DNA of 20,000 bases from IMG/VR virus record IMGVR_UViG_3300031857_000030. One strand, written 5' to 3'. Of the stretch, positions 7,755 to 15,627 are shown in pieces. Every line of letters begins with the position of its first letter. Position 1 is the first letter of the stretch. The position numbers and the translations under genes are program-made. Under the pieces are notes generated by a model. The model had not been told where the DNA came from. It did not search any database and saw only the letters and a list, made by a program, of their open reading frames with translations. This stretch comes from an uncultured virus (IMG/VR IMGVR_UViG_3300031857_000030) (Duplodnaviria; Heunggongvirae; Uroviricota; Caudoviricetes).

Positions 7755-8684
7755 ATGAATATAGAAGAATTAGAGAAAAAGTTTCAACAAAAAATTGAAC
7801 AAGATATTAAGATTGAACCCAACGATTGGATGCCAGATGAATATCGTAAAACATTAGTTCGTCAAATATCACAACATGCTCATTCTGAAATTGTTGGAAT
7901 GCTTCCAGAAGCCAACTGGATTACGAGAGCTCCTTCACTGAGAAGGAAAGCTGTTCTTTTAGCTAAAGTTCAAGATGAAGCAGGTCACGGTCTTTATCTT
8001 TATAGTTCAGTAGAAACATTGGGAAGTGACAGAGAAAAGTTAATAGATGACTTACATATTGGAAAGGCTAAATACTCTTCTATCTTTAACTATCCTACAC
8101 TAACTTGGGCTGATATGGGTGCTATTGGTTGGCTTGTTGATGGAGCAGCTATTATGAATCAAGTTCCACTATGTAGATGTTCTTATGGACCTTATGCTAG
8201 ATCGATGGTTAGAATATGTAAAGAAGAATCATTTCATCAAAGACAGGGTTTTGAGATTATGACTAAGTTAGCAAACGGTAGTAGAGAACAAAAATTGATG
8301 GCTCAAGATGCTTTAGATAGATTTTGGTGGCCTTCACTTATGATGTTTGGTCCAAGTGATTCAGATTCAAAGCACACCGAACAATCTATTAAGTGGAAGA
8401 TTAAACGCCATACTAATGATGAATTAAGACAACAGTTTGTAGATGCCACGGTTCCACAAGCTAAGCTAATTGGATTAACGATTCCAGATAAAGAATTGAA
8501 ATGGAATGATGAAAGAGGACATTATGACTTTGGACAAATTGACTGGTCAGAATTCTGGGAAGTTGTTTCAGGAAATGGACCATGTAATAAGGAAAGAATA
8601 GATGCACGTAGAAAGGCAAAAGAAGATGGTCAATGGGTAAGAGAAGCAGCCATGGCTTTTGCTGAAAAAAGAAAGTCTAAATAA
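7755..8684 (+). CDS. paaA: 1,2-phenylacetyl-CoA epoxidase catalytic subunit A (di-iron, ferritin-like)
   Basis: Hallmark sequences [93 protein letters not shown]. Confidence 0.96.
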   Translation: MNIEELEKKFQQKIEQDIKIEPNDWMPDEYRKTLVRQISQHAHSEIVGMLPEANWITRAPSLRRKAVLLAKVQDEAGHGLYLYSSVETLGSDREKLIDDLHIGKAKYSSIFNYPTLTWADMGAIGWLVDGAAIMNQVPLCRCSYGPYARSMVRICKEESFHQRQGFEIMTKLANGSREQKLMAQDALDRFWWPSLMMFGPSDSDSKHTEQSIKWKIKRHTNDELRQQFVDATVPQAKLIGLTIPDKELKWNDERGHYDFGQIDWSEFWEVVSGNGPCNKERIDARRKAKEDGQWVREAAMAFAEKRKSK

Positions 8685-8686
8685 TA

Positions 8687-9109
8687 TTAATAGAAGTTAG
8701 ATTTGATTGTATGCCAAATAGCAACAAACTCAATTAGTGATGGTTTATTATCAAAGTTAAATTGGATGTCTTTATTTAGATTAGAGTTTTTATAAAACAA
8801 TTGTTTTCCTCTAATGTTTGCAACAATATCTCTGGTCATAGTTGATTGACCACGGTAGATGATGTCTCCTTTAATAGTAAGAAGTAAGTCTTTAGTCATA
8901 GTTGATTGACCTTTATAAACTTTACCATCTACGATAGTGTAAAGAAGATCTTTGGTCATTTGAGAGTTTAGGTTGTAGATTTTATTTCCTACTATATTAC
9001 AAACAATATCCCTGGTCATTCTACCAAGTTTATTATAAACCTTACTGTCGTTAAGATTGCAGATTGCATCTCTTTGTAGATTTGATATTGATTCGAATAC
9101 TTTAATCAT
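8687..9109 (-). CDS. 20-residue tandem beta-hairpin repeat protein
   Basis: About 5.5 repeats such as KDLLYTIVDGKVYKGQSTMT and KDLLLTIKGDIIYRGQSTMT; DNA GTCATAGTTGATTGACC recurs 60 bp apart (8835, 8895). Confidence 0.8.
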   Translation of the reverse strand: MIKVFESISNLQRDAICNLNDSKVYNKLGRMTRDIVCNIVGNKIYNLNSQMTKDLLYTIVDGKVYKGQSTMTKDLLLTIKGDIIYRGQSTMTRDIVANIRGKQLFYKNSNLNKDIQFNFDNKPSLIEFVAIWHTIKSNFY

Positions 9110-9124
9110 TTTAATCAGTTTCTA

Positions 9125-9155
9125 CAAAGATAATAAATATTAATTAAATATCAAA
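9125..9155 (-). promoter_or_regulatory. Bacteroidota sigmaA promoter TTTG-N19-TATCTTTG
   Basis: Exact consensus: -33 at 9152-9155, -7 at 9125-9132, 15 nt before ATG 9109. Confidence 0.8.
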
Positions 9156-9791
9156 TTATTTTTTCTTGATAAAGATTGGTATAAGAAAAGCAAGTAAAGT
9201 AAATACCGAAAAAAGAATATCTACTGATTCTAAATTAAGTAATGGTAAGAAATAAGAAAGTGCTAATTTTAATCCTAATAAACCAATAACAACATAAGCT
9301 ATCTTTTCAATTATAGGATTACTATTAATTATATTGATAAACTTAGTTGTTGCGAATCTAATTGCTAATATACCAATTCCAACTCCAAACATTATTATCC
9401 AAAGTTCTTTTGTAAAAGAAACTGCAGCAAGTACATTATCAATGCTAAATACTAAGTCCATAATCTCAATTGAAATTACTGTTTTCCAAAAAGAAGATTG
9501 TGAATTATTAATATCTGATTCTTCTGATTTAAAAAATAAACTTTTAATACCTAAGTAAATTAAATAAAGACCGCCAACTAACTTTAACCAAGTTATTGTT
9601 AAAAGGAGTGAAGCAAATAAGAGAGCTAATCCTCTAAATAAGTAAGCTCCGATGATTCCCCAAGTCAATGCCTTTTTTTGTTGAGATTCAGGTAATGATT
9701 TTACCATAGTAGCTAAAACAGCAGCATTGTCAATACTTAAGATGATTTCTAAAAGAACAATGTTTAAGATAATAAGTGCAACTGCAATCAT
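9156..9791 (-). CDS. terC: TerC-family integral membrane protein
   Basis: LEIILSIDNAAVLA..VK.LP..QQKKAL.WGI.GAY.FRG and IEIMDLVFSIDNV.AAV; 6-7 TM segments. Confidence 0.92.
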   Translation of the reverse strand: MIAVALIILNIVLLEIILSIDNAAVLATMVKSLPESQQKKALTWGIIGAYLFRGLALLFASLLLTITWLKLVGGLYLIYLGIKSLFFKSEESDINNSQSSFWKTVISIEIMDLVFSIDNVLAAVSFTKELWIIMFGVGIGILAIRFATTKFINIINSNPIIEKIAYVVIGLLGLKLALSYFLPLLNLESVDILFSVFTLLAFLIPIFIKKK

Positions 9792-9796
9792 AGAAA

Positions 9797-9806
9797 TTTA
9801 TATTAA
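9797..9806 (-). promoter_or_regulatory. TTAATATAAA putative late promoter variant
   Basis: One mismatch to TTAATATATA, 5 nt upstream of the terC ATG. Confidence 0.35.
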
Positions 9807-9822
9807 ATTGAGAATGATAAGT

Positions 9823-10779
9823 TTATTCTACAATTTTAATATCAACACGCATGTTTTTGTTATACCAATTTCCGCCTGGATCTCTTTGTCCCTCATCTTC
9901 TGGATATAATAAAGATTGGCCTTTACCGATTGCTAATATTCTATTACTATCAATTCCTTTAGATACTAAGATTTGTTTAACTGCATTAGCTCTATCTTGG
10001 TGTAGATTTTCATATCCTCTTTCTTTTGCATATTCTAGTGAATAATTCATCCAACCTTCAACTTCAACTTTAATTTGTGAGTATTTTTGTAGTATCTCAA
10101 CTATTTTATCTAATTGTTCTTTGGAGTATTCTCTAATTCTTGTTTGATTGCTATAGAAGAATATATTACTTGAAAGTTCATCTAATTTTAATTGTATTTC
10201 TTCTTTCTCTTCTTCTTCTGATTTCATTGAAGCATCAACTGGTTCATCAACTAAAAGTTCTAAGTAACATTCAAATCTACCAAGTTCTGGTCCTAATTGA
10301 ACTCCTTCTGGAGATTTCAACCAAGAACTTTTTACTGATGATGATATAATAGGTGTTATAAATTCAAACCAAAGTCTAGCAAAGTCTTTTATTCTTAAAA
10401 CGAATGTTGGTCTTTGTTGAGCTGATGCAGTTGATACTGATTGAAACTCTCTTGCTAACTTTTGAATCCAATTTAAAATTTCAGCATGTTGTTTAAATTT
10501 TTCGTTTCCTGTTTCAACTAATGATTTCTGATAAACATTTACAAACTGTTTAGTATTTGCTTTTAACATACGGTTAATCTCATTAATAAGATATGCTTCA
10601 GTTGGCATAAATTGTGGAAGATTTAACTTTTTAATAAAATCTGATTTTAATTCAGCTGTTCCTGTTTCAGGATTCCAAATTTTATCACCACCATATATTT
10701 GATGTACTTCTGCAAATTTATAATATAAACCAGATTGTGTATTAGTAAATTCTTCATTAAATCTTTTCAAGTATCTCAT
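9823..10779 (-). CDS. N-terminally tagged (MRYLKRFNEEF) protein with C-terminal OmpA/MotB-like domain
   Basis: NIFF..NQTRI...SKEQLDKIVEIL..Y..IKVEVEG...NL..DRANAVK..LV.KGID.NRI.AIGKGQ...NMRVDIKI; no signal peptide or TM segment. Confidence 0.85.
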   Translation of the reverse strand: MRYLKRFNEEFTNTQSGLYYKFAEVHQIYGGDKIWNPETGTAELKSDFIKKLNLPQFMPTEAYLINEINRMLKANTKQFVNVYQKSLVETGNEKFKQHAEILNWIQKLAREFQSVSTASAQQRPTFVLRIKDFARLWFEFITPIISSSVKSSWLKSPEGVQLGPELGRFECYLELLVDEPVDASMKSEEEEKEEIQLKLDELSSNIFFYSNQTRIREYSKEQLDKIVEILQKYSQIKVEVEGWMNYSLEYAKERGYENLHQDRANAVKQILVSKGIDSNRILAIGKGQSLLYPEDEGQRDPGGNWYNKNMRVDIKIVE

Positions 10780-10800
10780 ATAGATAATTTAATTTTTATT

Positions 10801-10810
10801 TATATATTAA
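10801..10810 (-). promoter_or_regulatory. TTAATATATA putative late promoter
   Basis: 21 nt upstream of ATG 10779, overlapping the stop codon of the upstream gene. Confidence 0.5.
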
Positions 10811-11415
10811 AATTTGTAATTAAAATATTCAATGTCTCTTTGATATAATTTTGAAACGTTTTCTATATCGATTTGATTATAACAATCACTGTAGTGTTTA
10901 TGTTCAAATTTATTTAAGTGATTTAATTCTAGTTTTATATTTAACATTTGTGATAAAATATTAAAATCATTACTTATATTTTCAAATCTTCCGATAAAAT
11001 CACATTGTATTTTTCCCAGTTTATCTGTAATATAATCCAGTTGATTAAATGAAATAGATTTTGGATAATCTATTGTTGATTGTAATTCTAAGGGATTCTT
11101 CTCAATTACTATATCGGTCAATTCTAAAAACTCAGAAAAATTGGTTGAGTTTTCTAGAATATATTTACTCCAGTCATTATGAAATCCCTTTTTCAATATC
11201 ATATTATACCAAGATAGTAATCTATCAAATGGATTTCTAACAAAGCAAAATTTAAAATAATCAACATATTCACCATCATCTAATAAGTTAATCATAGAAT
11301 GTGAATGATATAGATTATTAGTTTCTGGTAAATTATAAAGTGCGTTGGTGATAGAAGTACCTGCTGTCTTTTGTATGTGAATAAAAATGAATTGGTATTT
11401 GTGATTTATTATCAT
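10807..11415 (-). CDS. Sulfotransferase family 2 protein
   Basis: 5'-PSB FIHIQKTAGTSI, 3'-PB FVRNPFDRLLSWY, DFIGRFENI..DF, and Y..DIE.FNY. Confidence 0.9.
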   Translation of the reverse strand: MIINHKYQFIFIHIQKTAGTSITNALYNLPETNNLYHSHSMINLLDDGEYVDYFKFCFVRNPFDRLLSWYNMILKKGFHNDWSKYILENSTNFSEFLELTDIVIEKNPLELQSTIDYPKSISFNQLDYITDKLGKIQCDFIGRFENISNDFNILSQMLNIKLELNHLNKFEHKHYSDCYNQIDIENVSKLYQRDIEYFNYKF

Positions 11416-12056
11416 ATTTTATTTAAAATTTTGTAGTATAAGTTATAATCATCACTGTGATAATTTTTAATCTTATCTAAAAGATTTGGTTCTATATCGT
11501 AAATATTATTTGATTTTTCACTATTTTGATTTTCAGTGTATTCAATAAAATTCATATTTAATAATTCTGATATTTTTAGTAAGTCTTCTTTATATCTTTC
11601 TACTATACCAATAAAAAAATAATCTTCTACCACAAAGTTATAAAAGAATCTTTGATAGAAATTTCTAACTTTTGGTAGAAAAACAAAATCCTCGAATGAT
11701 AGATTATTATCAACTAAGAATTTACCAATTTCATTTGTTTTCGAGTCTCTAATTAAGTGTAAGTAATGTGAGTATAATCTTTGAGATGGTTCTCTCAACC
11801 AAGTTATAAACTTCCAATCTAAGTCATAAAGTTTTTTATATCTTATTGGAAGAATATGACCTGATATACAGTTTATAGATTTGTAATTATTTACAATTAA
11901 ATTTCTATTGAAGTCATCAAACTCTGATATTAATTCATTTGTATCTCTTAATATTTTATGTCCATAGTCATAAGACAAGTTTTTATAATTTTTTTCTAAA
12001 GACTTTCTAAATGAAGTTCCTGCTGTTTTGGGAATATGTATGTTAATCAATTTCAT
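11412..12056 (-). CDS. Sulfotransferase family protein
   Basis: IHIPKTAGTSF, ISGH, TWLREPSQRLYSHY, FIGIVERY, D..LY. Confidence 0.88.
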   Translation of the reverse strand: MKLINIHIPKTAGTSFRKSLEKNYKNLSYDYGHKILRDTNELISEFDDFNRNLIVNNYKSINCISGHILPIRYKKLYDLDWKFITWLREPSQRLYSHYLHLIRDSKTNEIGKFLVDNNLSFEDFVFLPKVRNFYQRFFYNFVVEDYFFIGIVERYKEDLLKISELLNMNFIEYTENQNSEKSNNIYDIEPNLLDKIKNYHSDDYNLYYKILNKI

Positions 12057-12600
12057 AATAGTCTTTTATTCTTTTAATTTGTATTTCAGATGCTTCTATA
12101 TCATCTACAAATGACATCTCATGAAAATTTGATAATCCATTTATTCCTAAATAGTCTTCAATTTTTTTAATATCAAAAAAATTGATTATTTCTAACCTAT
12201 CACTTATGCAACCAGTCTCATCGATTAAGAATTCTTTGTTGGAAAGATTATGAAAGTCAAACATTAATGAATTATCTTTATTGAGGAATAAGTCTAAAAA
12301 TCCGTCAAAGTTATTAAATTTAGAAGATATATCTGGTCTCATATTCTTTACATACTTATACTCTGAGATAGTTCTATCAACTTCATTTCTTACTACTGTA
12401 AATACTTTATTGGTAATCAAATTAAGTTCATTTAACTCACGATAAGTACAATGCTGCGGTGTGTGGCCATTTATAAAAATAGAACCAGTTGATGTAAAGA
12501 GACTCATTTTATAACCTTTGCTTTGTAAAAATCTTTCTATAGTTGTGCCACCACTTTTAGGAATGTGAATAAATGTTATTTCGTTATTGAATATTGGCAT
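12043..12600 (-). CDS. Sulfotransferase family 2 protein
   Basis: FIHIPKSGGTTIE, PQH.T, FTVVRNEVDRTISEY. Confidence 0.85.
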   Translation of the reverse strand: MPIFNNEITFIHIPKSGGTTIERFLQSKGYKMSLFTSTGSIFINGHTPQHCTYRELNELNLITNKVFTVVRNEVDRTISEYKYVKNMRPDISSKFNNFDGFLDLFLNKDNSLMFDFHNLSNKEFLIDETGCISDRLEIINFFDIKKIEDYLGINGLSNFHEMSFVDDIEASEIQIKRIKDYYEID

Positions 12601-13531
12601 TGTATTTATTATTTAAATAATATATTAAATTCCCTTTATTAGAATCTTTATTTGTTTCTGATAACATAGAATCTTCTTTGACTAGGTATCTACTTAATGA
12701 TTTGTTAATAAATCCAACTTTTTTGTTTAAGTATCCTAATCTTAGCCACAATTCAAAGTCTTCCCATCCTACGCCAAATTTACTTAAATTTGTATCATAC
12801 CCACCTACATCAATTAGTTCTTTTTTATTAAACATTGCCATAGCATCAATATAATTTCCAAATTTAAGAAGCTCATAATTGAAAGTTTTATTTGATATTT
12901 TTTTTATAAGTTCTCCTTCTTCATTAAAACAATCAATGACTCCATAACAAGCAACCAGGTTGTATTTTGTAATGTAATCCAGATGTTCCTGAAGGCAATT
13001 TTTATAAATTGTGTTATCAGCATCTAAAATAAAAACATATTCACCTGAACAGATTGATATACCTATGTTTCTTGAATCAATTAGTCCGGTGTTATTATAC
13101 TTTTCAATAAGTGTAATTTTATGATTTGTATTTAGAAAAGATCTTGATAATTTTAATGAGTCGTCGGTTGATTTATCATCTACTATAACTATTTCAACAT
13201 CTATATCATTTTCAATTACTGAATTTATTGCATCACAAATGAACTTATCGTAATTAAAAACAGTTATAATTACAGATATAATTATTTTTTTAGAATTATG
13301 ATTTTTTAAAATATTAAAATATTGTGAATGTGTAAATGTTTCAGGTTTTATTTTATTATCTAAGTTGATATTGTTATTTATGTTAAACTTTTTATAAAAC
13401 CTATTCTCTAAGTATCCATGATTTAAATAATGATTGATAGCATCTTTTTCCGTTTTTAAACCAGCATCTTTTAAATCTTGATAAAAATCTAAATAAAAAT
13501 TCCAATCAAAGTCTTTAGGTAATTTTTTCAT
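12584..13531 (-). CDS. Glycosyltransferase family 2 with N-terminal FDW.FY...Y.DL...HY..HG..E.R module
   Basis: ISVIITVFN, IVIVDDKSTD, NTGLIDSRN.GI, FILDADN (DxD), GGYD, WEDFELW. Confidence 0.9.
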   Translation of the reverse strand: MKKLPKDFDWNFYLDFYQDLKDAGLKTEKDAINHYLNHGYLENRFYKKFNINNNINLDNKIKPETFTHSQYFNILKNHNSKKIIISVIITVFNYDKFICDAINSVIENDIDVEIVIVDDKSTDDSLKLSRSFLNTNHKITLIEKYNNTGLIDSRNIGISICSGEYVFILDADNTIYKNCLQEHLDYITKYNLVACYGVIDCFNEEGELIKKISNKTFNYELLKFGNYIDAMAMFNKKELIDVGGYDTNLSKFGVGWEDFELWLRLGYLNKKVGFINKSLSRYLVKEDSMLSETNKDSNKGNLIYYLNNKYNANIQ

Positions 13532-14619
13532 TGTTTAAAGTCAAACCTATCAAAGTCTGATTGATAGTATTTTAGTATTTTTTCTTTTGTTTTAAGTTTT
13601 ATATTTATAGGTTCATACTTAATAAACGGTTTTTGATATTTTATATAATCAGTATTTGTTATTTCAAAAATATATTCTAAACTGTCTTCGAAGTCTTCTA
13701 TTTTTGATATCAAATTGACCTTATTTGTAGATACTATATCAGATTGTTTTTCTAAAAGATTATTATCCATTATATCATCAACAAAAGAATTAAAATCAGT
13801 ATTTTTTTCTTGTCTATATTTTGTAATTAATCTACTAACTGGATTATTAATGAATGTAAATATAAAATGTTTTTCATAGTCTTTAATCTTTTTTAAATCA
13901 TCTGTAATTATTACACTTTTAAACTTAGACAGATAATCCACAATTGAATTATCCACACCGGTATTTAAAAAAATACATTTACCGTTAAAGTCGTCTGGCC
14001 AACTTATATTCCAAAGTATTTCTTTTTCTAAGTAACTTAAACAAGTCAAAACTCTCTCCATAGAATGTGTCCAAGTTGATTCTTCTATATCACTACAGAG
14101 TTCTATTTCCATAAGATTATAGATATCCATTCTTTTATCATAAATCCATTTGAATAAAATGTCTTTTCTTATACAAAAAATTGTTCCTGCAATAAATCTT
14201 TTATCTGGGTATTCAAATCCTAACATTTGGCACAGTTTGAATATTTTATCACTTTTATAAAATGTTGGATCTTTATAAACCCAATTTTGAGAACCATAAA
14301 CTACTTTACCATCTGGATTAATAGGAAGTCCTTCAAATAGTTCTCTTCTCCACTTATGGTCTTTTTTAGTATGTAGTTTATAGATATATTTACAATTTTC
14401 TGGGACCTTATCTAAACTGAGTAAAAAAGGACCAATATCCATTCCCCTATTCTCAACTAATGATATTTCTAAATTTTTAATATTCTTATCATTAACATAT
14501 TCTAAAATAGTAACATTACAAGTAGTTGCAATTATTTTTTCAACAGGTAGCTCTAAGGTTTTATTTATGACTTCATCTACAAGTTCTGGATAAAATAAGT
14601 GTATTATAGCTACATTCAT
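13528..14619 (-). CDS. RgpF (rhamnan synthesis F)-like glycosyltransferase fused to a degenerate sulfotransferase-like domain
   Basis: N-half AIIHLFYPEL, VENRGMDIGPFL, KLHTKK, FIAGTIF, HSMER; C-half FTFINNPVSRLITKY, KIEDFEDSL, YYQSDFDRFDF. Confidence 0.78.
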   Translation of the reverse strand: MNVAIIHLFYPELVDEVINKTLELPVEKIIATTCNVTILEYVNDKNIKNLEISLVENRGMDIGPFLLSLDKVPENCKYIYKLHTKKDHKWRRELFEGLPINPDGKVVYGSQNWVYKDPTFYKSDKIFKLCQMLGFEYPDKRFIAGTIFCIRKDILFKWIYDKRMDIYNLMEIELCSDIEESTWTHSMERVLTCLSYLEKEILWNISWPDDFNGKCIFLNTGVDNSIVDYLSKFKSVIITDDLKKIKDYEKHFIFTFINNPVSRLITKYRQEKNTDFNSFVDDIMDNNLLEKQSDIVSTNKVNLISKIEDFEDSLEYIFEITNTDYIKYQKPFIKYEPINIKLKTKEKILKYYQSDFDRFDFKQ

Positions 14620-15146
14620 TTCTTTGGAATTTTTGATCTAAATTTAAGATTTTGCTTTGCTAAAGTTGGAACAATGGTATATATTTTATCAAATATCTTT
14701 GAGTAATAGTGGTCTATGTATCCGAATTCCTTAGTCATAAAAGATGAACTTACAAATTTATTAGCACCTGATATCGATATTATATAACAATGTGTTTGTA
14801 AAAACTTATCCGACTTTTTATAATACTCCGACTCCTCAGTTATATCTTCTGGGATTCCACCTATTAATATTATATCAAAATCCAATGTATTTATCAATTT
14901 ATCTAAAATGTCTTCTGGTATTTGATTTTCTATTAAACAATCATCTTCAAATACTAAGCAGTGTGTTTCGCCACTTTCTAAAAAGTCTTTTATAATTTCT
15001 AAATGACCTATTGAGTTTGATTCTCTTTCTGATGTAATTTCAGGTCCCCAAAATATCTTAGGAGAATAACCAAAATCTTTTAAATGACTTTTAGTAAATT
15101 CGAATCTTTCAATTGTTTTATTAGATGTGAGTAAGTAACTTATCAT
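14616..15146 (-). CDS. Glycosyltransferase family 25-like
   Basis: S..GH..II..F.......LVFEDD, DIILIG, THCYIISISGANK, IDHY, P.LAKQ. Confidence 0.78.
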   Translation of the reverse strand: MISYLLTSNKTIERFEFTKSHLKDFGYSPKIFWGPEITSERESNSIGHLEIIKDFLESGETHCLVFEDDCLIENQIPEDILDKLINTLDFDIILIGGIPEDITEESEYYKKSDKFLQTHCYIISISGANKFVSSSFMTKEFGYIDHYYSKIFDKIYTIVPTLAKQNLKFRSKIPKK

Positions 15147-15160
15147 ATCTAATATTTATT

Positions 15161-15610
15161 TTAATAAACTCTTTGTCTATTTATAATCATATAAGATCCC
15201 TCTGGTGAAGGAACTGTTCCAAAGTTATAAAAGTTATCACCATCAAAAGTTGAACCCCCTATCACTAAATCTTTACCAGATAACGAGGTATCACCAAATG
15301 TTCTGACACCGATCAAAGGATAGTCTCCAGACTCATTACTATTTTCTAAAATAACTGCAGAATCGTGAGACACCCAAAGTGCTGAGTTATCTCCTGATAT
15401 TCTATTCCATCTATTAAATCTTGCAGTAGTTTGAATTACTTTAGCTGATTTTTTCATCTCACGTGTTGTTAAATTGTAGCAATCTATCATTAAAACTCCT
15501 CCATTGAATGCTCTTCCTTGAGATGCTTCAAATTCACCAACTTTTGCCTCAAGTCCATCGATTCTACCTTTTAATACTGCCAATTCTTTTTCAAAATCGT
15601 TACCTGCCAT
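15161..15610 (-). CDS. Hypothetical protein with N-terminal coiled coil (possible fibre-associated or chaperone)
   Basis: Heptad ELAVLKGRIDGLEAKV followed by a beta-rich domain; directly downstream of the fibre-like gene. Confidence 0.6.
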   Translation of the reverse strand: MAGNDFEKELAVLKGRIDGLEAKVGEFEASQGRAFNGGVLMIDCYNLTTREMKKSAKVIQTTARFNRWNRISGDNSALWVSHDSAVILENSNESGDYPLIGVRTFGDTSLSGKDLVIGGSTFDGDNFYNFGTVPSPEGSYMIINRQRVY

Positions 15611-15627
15611 TTTATTATAATTTTTTT

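Noticed and set aside
9089..9109. MIKVFES as another N-terminal tag
   Set aside because: Shorter than the consensus, and the gene has a host-type promoter rather than TAATATATA, so it is ambiguous and not counted.
9334..10349. Plus-strand ORFs 9334..9558, 9727..9909, 9851..10045 and 10140..10349
   Set aside because: Antisense shadows of terC and the OmpA-domain gene.
10807..15146. Bacterial capsule or O-antigen locus
   Set aside because: No wzx/wzy/ABC transporter or nucleotide-sugar genes, and the cluster is embedded among phage-like genes.
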